23,766 nucleotides of DNA from Candidatus Woesearchaeota archaeon CG1_02_57_44 (GCA_001871415.1 MNWW01000067.1:62001-85766), one strand, 5' to 3'. Shown: positions 1 through 9,082, numbered from the stretch's first letter. Translations and numbers: made by a program. Notes: generated by a model not told the origin, from the letters alone.

Positions 1-431
1 ACAATAATCCAGAGGCTCTTCACGTCCGCGCGATGCGCGGCGGCTTCGCGCCTCCTGCGAGCCAACGGGCACATGAATGGGACGTCTATGGCGGCAGACC
101 CACGCTCATCGGTTTCGGTGGTGGTGGGGACATGGACTGGACAGAGTACCTGCGCGGCGGTGCCACTCTGCTAGCAAGAGGTGATGGCAGCTACAAGCCG
201 GTCATCGTCGAGAACGAGGATGTCTGGAGCAAGCAGACGGGCAACCCGGCGGCAACGTGGCAGGCGAATCACGCAGCGCATCTGAATCTGGCTCCGCTGT
301 GCTATCCGCTGACCGACCAGGGCTATCAGTTCAACCACACGCAAAGGCAAGTGCTGCAGACGCCATCAGTCAGCGAAGGCATGCTGCTCAAGACACATGC
401 ATCGGTTGTCCGGGCGTACGCAGGGAAATAG
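1..431 (+). CDS. Hypothetical protein, 5'-truncated by window edge
   Basis: The frame of ORF 33..431 stays open back to the window start (NNPEALHVRA-MRGG...). It is followed by a hairpin and T-tract. No family recognised. Confidence 0.6.
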   Translation, partial: NNPEALHVRAMRGGFAPPASQRAHEWDVYGGRPTLIGFGGGGDMDWTEYLRGGATLLARGDGSYKPVIVENEDVWSKQTGNPAATWQANHAAHLNLAPLCYPLTDQGYQFNHTQRQVLQTPSVSEGMLLKTHASVVRAYAGK

Positions 432-462
432 GCAAAACAGCAGAGAGGACTCGCCACCATCC

Positions 463-484
463 GGCGCCGTGAGGCGCTTTTTTC
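463..484 (+). terminator. Hairpin plus T-tract terminator candidate
   Basis: GGCGCC-GTGA-GGCGCT stem with a GNRA loop, running directly into a T-tract, about 30 nt after the stop at 431. Confidence 0.5.
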
Positions 485-634
485 TTGTTCTCCATCATAT
501 GCTATCGCTCCTGCATCATGCTGGCCTTCGCGCATCTTCCGATGCAGGTCTTCAGGAGCATGCCCTGGCCGCCAGCATCACCAGCGACGCTGCGGCGGCC
601 GTATGAACGCGATAGCGACGTGTCGCGGCCTTCA

Positions 635-1792
635 TCACTGCGGCAGGTCCCTGTTGGTCCAGGACATCATGGGCCTCATCGCGCGTACAGCATCATATGC
701 CTGTCCAGCAGGCAGGCACAGCTGCCTGAGCGCATCAGGAAGTTCTTCTTGGGGGATCCTCCCAGCGTAGTGGGTCGCTGCGGCATGGTTCTTGCAGAGC
801 CGCTCGCACGCCACGAACTGACGGGCGTATCCCGGATGCTCGGGCAATGACAGATTATGTGTCCAGACCGTCTCTTGCAGGGAATATCGATCCGTTGCTT
901 CCGTCTCCAGACCAAAGCCCGTGTCAGCGCTAATGAGCCGCACCAGCGGGTGCGTGAGCACCAGGGTATGGTCCAGGCGACGATCGCCCAGAGGCTCAAG
1001 ATAGGGTATCAGTCCTGCCGCGCCCGCAAGGCGTCCGGTCGGATTGTTTGTCACTGCCTCGGTCTCCAGGTAATGGATCGCCTGCGCCTGCAGGATGTGG
1101 CGGTCCACGGGGCTTGCGCCTACCCTCCTTGATGAATGTCGGCCAAAGGTCATGGGCACAGCGATCTCTGAGCCATTGACCAGCCGCTGACCGTCGGTGA
1201 GCATTTCCGGCGTCAGGGTGTAGCGCAGGACGGCCTTCACGCCCTCAGGATAGCCGGACTCAAAGCCCGTGCCCATGGGCATCTCGAACTCGACATATGC
1301 GAAATCATCGCCAGCGTAGACATCAATGAGGTCAGCGACCATGCCCATCGTCGCGTCATGAAGGTAGCTTCCAGAATCAGGATGATTGACCAGCGCGGTC
1401 AGGTGTCGTCGCACAGCGCCATGGTCATCCAGGATGGCGCCGGTACCTCCGATGAAGCGGTTGATCGAGCCGAGCCAGGCATCGCCAGCCCAGGTCGGCT
1501 TGAGGCGCATCAATGTCGTGCCCATCACCAATGTCTCTGCATCAGGGACATCGCGCACCTGCTGGCGCGGCATACCCCGTTGGAAATCCGCCCAATTGAA
1601 GTGCGAGTAGCATAGATCAACCAGGCCAAGCCCCTTGCCGAAGCGCTCGAAGCTTGCAGCATACTGCTGCAGGGACGCGCCGCGATGGGCTACGATGACC
1701 CTGCTGCCGGTATCGTTGTCTTCCAGCAGATGGAACCTCTCGGTCTCACCATCGACGACTGTGCTGAGTTCTCGTGCTTCGAATCGTGGCAT
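635..1792 (-). CDS. Divergent aldose 1-epimerase / galactose mutarotase-like protein
   Basis: 385 aa. Mutarotase-like order of motifs: 'IVAHRGASLQQY', 'YLHD' (cf. LHG), 'GYPEGVKAVLRYTL', 'PMTFGRHS' (cf. P..FG.H.Y), 'NPTG', 'LDHTL', 'QFVACE' (catalytic Glu region). Confidence 0.65.
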   Translation of the reverse strand: MPRFEARELSTVVDGETERFHLLEDNDTGSRVIVAHRGASLQQYAASFERFGKGLGLVDLCYSHFNWADFQRGMPRQQVRDVPDAETLVMGTTLMRLKPTWAGDAWLGSINRFIGGTGAILDDHGAVRRHLTALVNHPDSGSYLHDATMGMVADLIDVYAGDDFAYVEFEMPMGTGFESGYPEGVKAVLRYTLTPEMLTDGQRLVNGSEIAVPMTFGRHSSRRVGASPVDRHILQAQAIHYLETEAVTNNPTGRLAGAAGLIPYLEPLGDRRLDHTLVLTHPLVRLISADTGFGLETEATDRYSLQETVWTHNLSLPEHPGYARQFVACERLCKNHAAATHYAGRIPQEELPDALRQLCLPAGQAYDAVRAMRPMMSWTNRDLPQ

Positions 1793-1873
1793 GTATGCAT
1801 CACCCGGACTATGGTTTTTTGCCCTGGATGCGGCAGGGTATTTTATATTTTGTCAGTTCGCGCCAGGAATACT

Positions 1874-1880
1874 AATTTAA
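1874..1880 (+). promoter_or_regulatory. TATA-box candidate for the sigma-like gene
   Basis: AATTTAA lies 24-30 nt upstream of ATG 1904, the spacing expected for a leaderless archaeal transcript. A second AT-rich box lies at 1841-1851. Confidence 0.45.
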
Positions 1881-1903
1881 GAGAGCGGGCATTCCCGATG
1901 CTG

Positions 1904-3358
1904 ATGCCCGAGCCATCAGGTCGTCTCATCAATATCGCTTCTTTGACAAGCATGCTTGAGACCCATCCTTCTCCTGAACGGGCAGCCGACCCTTCGTATC
2001 AGGAAGCATTCGTCGCGCAGGTCATAGTCCCTCTGGCCGGGGGGATTTGCAAGAATGCTGAAATCGCGTCGCATCTTTTCGAAGATGCCATCGACTACGT
2101 GATTATCGAAGGTCTCGTCGCTCTTGGTCGATACGATTGCAGCAGGGACATGCCTGCCAGGACCTATGTCAGCACCCGTATGCATGGCGCGATTATCGAC
2201 TATAAGCGCAGCAATGGCACTATGCCCCGGCAGCAGCATAATGCGATAGACGGATATGCTGATCTTGCGTCTACCCATAATGGTGAGCTCACCCTTGAGG
2301 AGGTCGCATCACGGCTGGGCATGGAACCTGATGCGCTGGAGAGACGTCTGGCCATGTCTGGCACGAGCATGACCTATGATGTCTCCAATGAATATGGAGG
2401 GCGATTGGAGGAGCTGGAAGTTACTGGTGACGACCATGATTTCCAGGACCCCTTGGACACCGCGATTCAGGAGATTGAGGCATCCAGGGTCCGGGCTATG
2501 CTCGCTCAGTTGCCGGAGCGCGAAGGCCTTGTCCTCCAGCGATACTTCTTTGAGGATATGACGCTCAAGGAGATCGCCAGCACGCTTGATGTCTCTGAAT
2601 CCCGCGTTTGCCATCTGAAGAAGCAGGCATTGATACGATTGGGGGATCTCATGGGGGATGCTCTTTCCGATGCTGCTGGACCGGTATCTGCGCATACCAA
2701 TGGCAATGGTCTATGCACCGCAGAGCCCATAAGGTCGCACGCATATCCTGCGTCGAGGATGCCAAGGCTTCCGGTGCGTTGTCTGTCTGTCGATGCACCA
2801 CTGACCTACATCATTGCACACGTCCCTGATGGTTTTCTTCGGGAACACTTCGTCGCGCCTGTCGCCTATGGGCTCGCTGAAGCAGTAGGATATCCAGAGC
2901 TGGCAGAAGACATCACGCAAGTGACAGCAGCGATGATGGATCAGTATTCGCCCTGCCTGCATGGCACCTTGCCTTCGTATGTCCAGTCCAGGGCCCGGCA
3001 GGTCCTCCCGGCAATAGTGCCAGAGGGCGGTTTTCTGCTGGAGCCATTGCAGACAGATGAGAGGGAATTCAGTCCCGCATCCATGGACGCGCTGTTCCGT
3101 ATGTCGCTCGCACGGCTCAGCTGCGCATATGCGATGAATTCGATGGAAGGTCTTAGTCCCTATGCATCAATGGTCAGGGCCCTTATGGAGGCGGCGACGC
3201 CGACACAGCGGCTTGCGCTGATCCTGACTGATTGCATGGGCATGGATACTTCAGAAGCATCCACTATCATGGGTTGTCGTCAGGCAGTGACCGAGAAGAG
3301 CGTGCTACAGGCGTATGGACGGATGAATGAGGTCTTCAGGGTCAAGCGGGTTTCGTGA
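1904..3358 (+). CDS. Tandem sigma-70-like protein: FliA/WhiG-like module followed by a degenerate ECF-like module
   Basis: Region 2 'EGLVALGRYDCSRDMPARTYVSTRMHGAIIDYKR', region 3 'LTLEEVASRLGM', region 4 'LPEREGLVLQRYFFEDMTLKEIASTLDVSESRVCHLKKQALIRL'. Second module: 'LAEDITQ...LPSYVQSRAR' and 'TPTQRLALILTDCMGMDTSEASTIMGC'. Start placed at 1904 (alternative 1898); the ORF-track start 1685 overlaps the divergent gene. Confidence 0.8.
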   Translation: MPEPSGRLINIASLTSMLETHPSPERAADPSYQEAFVAQVIVPLAGGICKNAEIASHLFEDAIDYVIIEGLVALGRYDCSRDMPARTYVSTRMHGAIIDYKRSNGTMPRQQHNAIDGYADLASTHNGELTLEEVASRLGMEPDALERRLAMSGTSMTYDVSNEYGGRLEELEVTGDDHDFQDPLDTAIQEIEASRVRAMLAQLPEREGLVLQRYFFEDMTLKEIASTLDVSESRVCHLKKQALIRLGDLMGDALSDAAGPVSAHTNGNGLCTAEPIRSHAYPASRMPRLPVRCLSVDAPLTYIIAHVPDGFLREHFVAPVAYGLAEAVGYPELAEDITQVTAAMMDQYSPCLHGTLPSYVQSRARQVLPAIVPEGGFLLEPLQTDEREFSPASMDALFRMSLARLSCAYAMNSMEGLSPYASMVRALMEAATPTQRLALILTDCMGMDTSEASTIMGCRQAVTEKSVLQAYGRMNEVFRVKRVS

Positions 3359-3718
3359 CGCGCAGGGTGCGCATGGTATCGCTTGAGTCTTACAGCCTTC
3401 GGTCCAGAGGGCTCGCTCCTGGAGAGCGAATCTTATTAGACTCTGCGCTTTTTCGGTATTGATGTCCCTGGATTCAGAAGCATATCTGCATCTTGGCACA
3501 AGCAATAAACGCAAAGAGACTGCGCAAGACCATGCATCACTTCGTGCCCTGTTTGAATCCTCATGGATGTCCTTGCGGGAGTTTCCCTCTCGTTCCTTGG
3601 ATGAGATCCATGCTTGGCAATGGCGACGCTGCATCTTCTATGACAGTATTCATCTCTGCGTTGGCTGCCTTCTGGTCTCGAGGTGAGCCCATGGCAGGTG
3701 TTTTTTAGACTTAGCAAC

Positions 3719-5803
3719 TCACGCCCATTCATCCAGCACCGCCTGCCGCTCGGGCATGACGTATGCCTGCACGTCCTGCCTGCTGATGCCCACGGGCTGG
3801 AGGAGCACAAAGAGCGCTCTTGCCAGGCGCCTGCGGTAGTAGGCGATGTCCGGCGATCCCTTGTAGTCCTGAGGCAGCACGGGTCCTCGCGCGTCCATGA
3901 CATAGGCGATGGACTGGCCCGGCGCGACCTCCACGCCATGGCGCCGAAGCTGCGCGAGTATCGTGCGCTGCGGTATGTCGCGGCCATATGACCGCTTGCT
4001 TATGGTGACGCGGTGGCAGAGCAGCTGCGCGGGAACCGCTGGCAGATGCTGCACCGCCCTTCGCAGCATGCGCCCCAACGCAGGGAGCATGGCGCGCATC
4101 TCCTCTTCTGAGCGCGCCTTGGCCATGGCCTCGATGCAGCGGCGCTGGAAGAGCGCGACATAGGGCGGGCAGGAGCGCTGGCGCAGCTCGATGCCGCGCG
4201 CCTTGATTGCGCCGTGGCTGAAGACGCCGTAGTAGGCCGCGGGTAATGGCTTTCGCCTGTCATTGACGCTGGGAAGGAACACTATCCAGTCGAAGATGCC
4301 CTCAAAGCTCACTGGGATGCCTGCCTGCGCGTGGATGTCTTCGCACAGGCGGCGCACCTGCTCCCCGGTCATGCCGGGCCGGGTCACGTAGAGCGAATCG
4401 ATGATGCCGTGCAGCACGCGGAAGCCCTGCTGCTCGGCCAGCTTCGCGGCGTCGATGAGGGTCTCTCTCGCGAAGGCGCAGGTAGCCATGTGGGATGTCG
4501 CGAGCCCGAGCTTGAACTCACGAAAGCGCAGATAGCCGTAGCTTGACACGAGCACCCACTTGAGCCCCTGCGCGCGCTCCTTGTTCTCTGCCGTCGGCGT
4601 CGCCTTCAGCCGCATACGCCTGTCAAGGAATGCCTTGATGGCAAGGGGCACAAGGCCTTTTCGGTCCAATGCCATGCTGACAGCGATGCCGGGCGCCTGC
4701 TCCCGCACGACGCTGTCACTGAGCACGGTCTCGGCGCTGATGTTGCGGTTGTACATGAGCCAGGGGTACATGGAGGAGAAGTCTATCTCAGCGACGTCCC
4801 TATGGAATCCTGGCACCGGGTCGAACGTATGGCCTGTCCTGTCCGCCTTGAGCAGCTGGCTGAAGGTGAGCGGCCTGTCGATGGGCTTCTCCTTGTAGGG
4901 GATGAGGATTCCTCGCTGCGCCATCTCCTTGACGAGCGCTGCCTGGAAGGCGGCGCCTGCTGAGCGCGACGCCAGCTGCTGGAACCGCTGGGCGCTGAGA
5001 CAACAGAGCTCAAGGAGCGCATCAGGCGAGCACATGCTGCCCAGCATGGTCGAGGTGTCGACGAGGAACCTGCCGTTGAGACGCACGGCATAGTCCTGGT
5101 AGCGCACAGAGCCATACGACCAGAACGACCTGCCACCGCGGTAGCGCAGCGGGGCTTCGTGCCAACGGTGCAAGGGGCAGGCGATGCGAAGATGCGCGAG
5201 GCGCTCTGCAAGGAAAGGAAGCCTGGCAAAGCCGCGCTCCATGACGATGACATCTGGATCCTTGTTCTGGAACCATGACGCGAAGTCCTTGAGCAATGAG
5301 CGCTCCTCGCCCGTGAAGGTCTTCTGCCCTGCCGTGATGCGCTCCACCGTGTTCCTGCCTGTGACCGAGAGCTCTATGGCGCTCAGGACGGGTGGCGGAG
5401 CATCGGCTATGGTGTTGATGGTGAAGGGGTGGCTCCTGATATCACAGAGCGCGCCAGGATATACGCGGTGCTGGTAGAAGAACCTCTGCTCAGGCGTCAC
5501 ATCAGCGTCGAAGAGCGCGAGGCGATACCGGCTCTTGCGCTCTATCGCCCGGACGATCTGCTCGAAGCGGTCCAGTCTTGTCGTTATCCGCAGGATGTCA
5601 GTTGGGCCATGAAGCGGATGCTCGCGCGTCACCGTGGTGTAGACGATACGCAGGTCCTGCAGGAGCGCTCTTGCCTGTCGGTTGTCTTCTGCGTAGCATA
5701 CTGCCCTGCCGGGAGCGGTCATGCAACGCTCACGCTCAGGAGTCTTGAGCCAGAGCATGAGCTCGTCGCTGTGCCGATAGGCGTCCATGAGCCACGCGCG
5801 CAT
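3719..5803 (-). CDS. polB2: Family B DNA polymerase, PolB2 (Dpo2-like) group
   Basis: 694 aa. Motif A 'EIDFSSMYP', motif B 'KWVLVSSYGY', motif C 'HGIIDSLYV' (first Asp of YGDTDS substituted, typical of PolB2), 'KARGIELRQRSCP'. No recognisable exonuclease motifs. Start overlaps the upstream stop (TGATG). Confidence 0.92.
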   Translation of the reverse strand: MRAWLMDAYRHSDELMLWLKTPERERCMTAPGRAVCYAEDNRQARALLQDLRIVYTTVTREHPLHGPTDILRITTRLDRFEQIVRAIERKSRYRLALFDADVTPEQRFFYQHRVYPGALCDIRSHPFTINTIADAPPPVLSAIELSVTGRNTVERITAGQKTFTGEERSLLKDFASWFQNKDPDVIVMERGFARLPFLAERLAHLRIACPLHRWHEAPLRYRGGRSFWSYGSVRYQDYAVRLNGRFLVDTSTMLGSMCSPDALLELCCLSAQRFQQLASRSAGAAFQAALVKEMAQRGILIPYKEKPIDRPLTFSQLLKADRTGHTFDPVPGFHRDVAEIDFSSMYPWLMYNRNISAETVLSDSVVREQAPGIAVSMALDRKGLVPLAIKAFLDRRMRLKATPTAENKERAQGLKWVLVSSYGYLRFREFKLGLATSHMATCAFARETLIDAAKLAEQQGFRVLHGIIDSLYVTRPGMTGEQVRRLCEDIHAQAGIPVSFEGIFDWIVFLPSVNDRRKPLPAAYYGVFSHGAIKARGIELRQRSCPPYVALFQRRCIEAMAKARSEEEMRAMLPALGRMLRRAVQHLPAVPAQLLCHRVTISKRSYGRDIPQRTILAQLRRHGVEVAPGQSIAYVMDARGPVLPQDYKGSPDIAYYRRRLARALFVLLQPVGISRQDVQAYVMPERQAVLDEWA

Positions 5804-6129
5804 CAGGGTATTTCCTCGTCGAGCTGACGCTCGAGCTGAAGTGGCTGGCTGGCGCTGCTCTTGTCGCCTTCTCGTTGGCTGGCTGTTCTCCTCTGGCCGT
5901 GCTCCAGCGCCATGATGCGCTTCTCCTGCTCGAGCAGACAGGCGACCAGGATGAAGGCCCAGACGTGGATGCTCGCGGTGTAGGTGATGGAGCCATAATG
6001 GCGCAGCGGCTCTGCCATGACGCGGTCGAAGGCCTCGCGGTCCTCCGTGCGCAGCGCCTTCCTGAACGCGGAAAGCTCCGCGAGGTGGCGGTCGATGACC
6101 TGCCGGGCGCTGCTCACGGTGTGGCCCAA
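5803..6129 (-). CDS. Small PolB2-associated helical protein (arCOG07300-like)
   Basis: With a TTG start at 6129 (GGAGG upstream) it reads 'MGHTVSSARQ...FRKALRTEDREAFD...LLEQEKRI', matching the MGRT...FRRALR.ED...FD pattern of the small gene that accompanies polB2. Confidence 0.8.
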   Translation of the reverse strand: MGHTVSSARQVIDRHLAELSAFRKALRTEDREAFDRVMAEPLRHYGSITYTASIHVWAFILVACLLEQEKRIMALEHGQRRTASQREGDKSSASQPLQLERQLDEEIP

Positions 6130-6494
6130 AAGCGCCCCTCCGCCACAGCTATGTCGTGGTGCTTGCTCAGCTCGTCGAGCAGCTCTAGGCAATGCTCCTT
6201 GATGGCCTGATTCTCAGTATCATCACTATAATGGAAGAGGATGTCCGCGCGCGTGATGCCAATGGCCCTGAAGCCATAGGAGCGCGCGATGTCCGGCGCG
6301 GCCTTGAGGATGTCCCGGAAGGTGTAGATGAGGTCCACGCCCAGCACATAGGTCTTGTCGAGCTGCTCGTCGGTTATGCCCGGGAAGAGCGCGTGCGGGT
6401 CTGCGCAATTGGCTGCGTCGATGATGAGTCCTGGCGCGCGCTCCATGGCGTGGCGCATGGCTTCGTGGCTGGTCTTCACCCAGGTGATGGTCAT
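6114..6494 (-). CDS. Truncated, P-loop-less RecA/RadA-fold protein of polB2 operons
   Basis: 126 aa 'LIIDAANCADPHALF...EQLDKTYV...IYTFRDIL' resembles the RadA/Rad51 core downstream of Walker A; no GxxGxGK motif. The position upstream of the small gene and polB2 fits. ATTTAAT lies 23-29 nt upstream of ATG 6494 (alternative start 6668). Confidence 0.7.
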   Translation of the reverse strand: MTITWVKTSHEAMRHAMERAPGLIIDAANCADPHALFPGITDEQLDKTYVLGVDLIYTFRDILKAAPDIARSYGFRAIGITRADILFHYSDDTENQAIKEHCLELLDELSKHHDIAVAEGRFWATP

Positions 6495-6829
6495 GGGTGC
6501 CTGGTTGTATGGGGGGATTAAATGGTCGGCGGCCGGCTGGCTAGTGTCCAGTGGAAAACGCCCGGAGCAATGCTTCTTGCGCCGCAGCCCGCTGAGATAC
6601 GACGCAAGGCGTTTTCGCACATGAACGCTGCTCACGTGCGATTGATAGCGCATGAATCTTCTGCGCATGAGCCCTCTTGCACAGGTTCTCGCCGACGACT
6701 GCTGCTCGGCACAGCGCAGTGCACCGCGCTATGCATCATCGTGCACTTCTCCTGCGCAGCAACTCCTTGGCCTGTCCCTGCCTGACACATCAAAGCAAAG
6801 CCGCTGTCGCACGCAGGGGCCAGCAGCGA

Positions 6830-7546
6830 CTATGGTCGTTCCAGCACGTCCTTGCTGTCGTTCTTCGGGCTGTTGAGCAGCAATGATACAGGGGTCGGCC
6901 GCAGCGCGATGTCCCAATCCACAATCACAGCTCCCGTGTCCATGGCATGCTGCGTCAGCCATGCTGCTTCCTTGCCTCGATGGATGATGGCGGGCATGCG
7001 CTCGTGGTACGGGCGCATAGACGTGTTGGCAGGGCCGGTGATGATGCAGAATCCTGAATGGTCAGCGAGGGCTGCAAACCAGAGGAACCTGTCAGTCGTG
7101 AAGCAGTAAGGTATGCTGTCTTTCCATTCATAGAAGCCGTCAGCAGGGATGAGGCACGGGCGCAGCGCGCGGAAGAATGGCTTGTCCTGCAGGGTCTCAG
7201 ATCTGGCGTTGATGATAGGCCGCTTGGCCCAGTCCGGGCGCAGGCCGAAATTGAGGGAGGTGAACCGATGCGGCGGGCCGGGCTTGCGGACAGCGGTCTG
7301 GACGGCTATGGCAGGAGCGTCGCCTGTCTTGGTCGCGGTCTTGGACGCCGCGCTTGTCACCTTTGCTGCTGGCTGCGCCCTCGCCTTGTCGGTCGCATCT
7401 GCTAAGCTTTCATCACCTGCCAGCACGGTCCAGCTCGGCTGCGTGGGCGCGATGTTGTAGCGCGGCACGAAGGTGTCCGGGAGAATCAGGCCCAATCGCT
7501 CCAGCTCCTCCTCGGGTATGCTGATGAGCGAGAATCTTCCGCACAT
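6830..7546 (-). CDS. SOS response-associated peptidase (SRAP; HMCES/YedK family abasic-site-protecting protein)
   Basis: N-terminal 'MCGRF' (Cys2), 'PRYNIAPTQ', 'INARSET', 'CLIPADGFYEW', 'HERMPAII'. Confidence 0.93.
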   Translation of the reverse strand: MCGRFSLISIPEEELERLGLILPDTFVPRYNIAPTQPSWTVLAGDESLADATDKARAQPAAKVTSAASKTATKTGDAPAIAVQTAVRKPGPPHRFTSLNFGLRPDWAKRPIINARSETLQDKPFFRALRPCLIPADGFYEWKDSIPYCFTTDRFLWFAALADHSGFCIITGPANTSMRPYHERMPAIIHRGKEAAWLTQHAMDTGAVIVDWDIALRPTPVSLLLNSPKNDSKDVLERP

Positions 7547-7601
7547 GGTTTGGTGGGGGGAACTGGACTTGATAATTGTTTTGGGTCATAGAACTGGCCG
7601 G

Positions 7602-8048
7602 TCATCCGCTGTCTGCCAGCAGCTGGGCCTTTTTCCTGCAGGCATCGCGTCCCTCTTCGTTCATGCTGTCCATCAGGGCGTCCATTGTCGCCAGATATGA
7701 CACAGCGGTGTCAATCAACGATGCCGTATCCATGGCTGTCGCTGTGATATCCGCATAGTATTGTCTTGAGATGCGCTGCTCTCTGGCTTCTTCCAATGGT
7801 GCAGGGTCGATGCTGAACACCTGCTGCAGGATTATCGTAGTCTTCCTGTGGCTCTTGCATCGCAGGCCGATGCTCCAGAACAGTGCTGTCGTCTTGTGGT
7901 ACATGGCATAATACGCGAGAGCGATGGCTTCGGCGAAGAGCTCATGCTCCAGCAGCAGTTTTGCGGCAGCGAGTGAACCAGAGGCCTTCTTGCTGTACGC
8001 TTGTCGCATATGAGGATTTGGTCTATTCAGTCGTATGCTTGCGGCCAT
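7602..8048 (-). CDS. HEPN domain protein (toxin of HEPN/MNT pair), RX4Y type
   Basis: 'AYYAMYH...G....SH' HEPN pattern and 'R-ISRQ-Y'. Overlaps the end of the upstream MNT gene. Confidence 0.85.
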   Translation of the reverse strand: MAASIRLNRPNPHMRQAYSKKASGSLAAAKLLLEHELFAEAIALAYYAMYHKTTALFWSIGLRCKSHRKTTIILQQVFSIDPAPLEEAREQRISRQYYADITATAMDTASLIDTAVSYLATMDALMDSMNEEGRDACRKKAQLLADSG

Positions 8049-8581
8049 CCCAACACCTGGTAGTATCGTGTCGGGTTCTGCAGGATGATATGCTCCTTAT
8101 TGATTTCCCGCGAAAAAGCGGAGCCTATCTGAAGCGCTCCGGACTGTATGCTCAGCTTGGCGGAATACCTCTGGAGGTCCTGCCGAATGCTGGTGTTCGC
8201 GGTCTCCACATAGAGGTCGATGTCGCTTGTCTTGGTCTCATCGCCTCTCGCGTAGCTTCCGAACAGGACCACAAGCTCTCCGGCTGTGCATTGCTCTGTG
8301 TGCTTGAGCAGCTGGCGCATCAGAGGTCGCTGGATGAGCTTGAGCAGCTTGTAGTGTTCGGTCATGAGCAATGCCTGATGTGCGTCCGGCGTCGCCTTCA
8401 GGAAATACTTCTTGTTGCGGCCTTCACGCTTGAAATCAAGGATGCTCTGCTGCTCCAGGTGCCGAAGTATCCGCAGGGCTGTCGCGACAGGGATTCCAGT
8501 TGCCAGCGCGGCCTGGCGCACATGCAGCGGGCTGATGCGCAGGGCCTCGATGAGCTCCATATCGTTTCGTATTTGGAACAT
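8027..8581 (-). CDS. Winged-HTH + minimal nucleotidyltransferase (MNT) antitoxin
   Basis: N-terminal HTH 'HVRQAALATGIPVATALRILRHLEQQSILDFKREGRNKKY'; 'LFGSYARGDETKTSDIDLYV' matches GSX10DXD. ATAAATA box at 8605-8611. Confidence 0.9.
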   Translation of the reverse strand: MFQIRNDMELIEALRISPLHVRQAALATGIPVATALRILRHLEQQSILDFKREGRNKKYFLKATPDAHQALLMTEHYKLLKLIQRPLMRQLLKHTEQCTAGELVVLFGSYARGDETKTSDIDLYVETANTSIRQDLQRYSAKLSIQSGALQIGSAFSREINKEHIILQNPTRYYQVLGWPQAYD

Positions 8582-8672
8582 ATGTATCAGAATTGGAATG
8601 GTGATATTTATGGGTTTTGGTCGAGGCGAGCGTTTTTCCGGCTGTGGGCGTCTGGTTTGTATTGACAGACGG

Positions 8673-9044
8673 TCAAAATACTGATGGATCGAATTCTCTT
8701 AATTGGATATCGGCCTCAGCAAAGAACTCTGCCCAATAGTGTGTTCCCAGGGGGCGATACAGTCCCCATTCCCATTCATTGTCAAAGTCCAATGTCAGGC
8801 CTAGGATAGATTCTGGCATCGGAATCACGGGCCTTGGAGAGAAGACTTCGCTGGCTTGGTGCTCGTGAAGATACTGCCTGACGGCTCTGCATTCGCCGAT
8901 GTCCGGCTGGGTGCAGGGGTGGGTGCGCGGGTCGTAGGCCATGACGAGCTGCGCGTCTTTGACATGGAAGAGCGCCAAGGCAGGACCGGGGTCGACGCGA
9001 GAGGAATCGTACTCCATGACGACGAATCTGGATTCGAGATGCAT
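8673..9044 (-). CDS. Hypothetical protein
   Basis: 123-aa ORF that fills the gap between co-oriented genes, with globular-looking composition and TTTAT about 27 nt upstream. No family recognised. Confidence 0.55.
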   Translation of the reverse strand: MHLESRFVVMEYDSSRVDPGPALALFHVKDAQLVMAYDPRTHPCTQPDIGECRAVRQYLHEHQASEVFSPRPVIPMPESILGLTLDFDNEWEWGLYRPLGTHYWAEFFAEADIQLREFDPSVF

Positions 9045-9082
9045 CGCTATGGGGAATGGATCCGGGGGGATAAAGGTTGCTG

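Noticed and set aside
1685..1897. N-terminal extension of the sigma-like ORF, including CPGC
   Set aside because: It overlaps the divergent gene and its AT-rich promoter region; TATA spacing favours a start at 1904 or 1898.
3359..3718. Short ORFs between the sigma-like gene and polB2
   Set aside because: There are several mutually overlapping frames, none with recognisable motifs or clear initiation signals.
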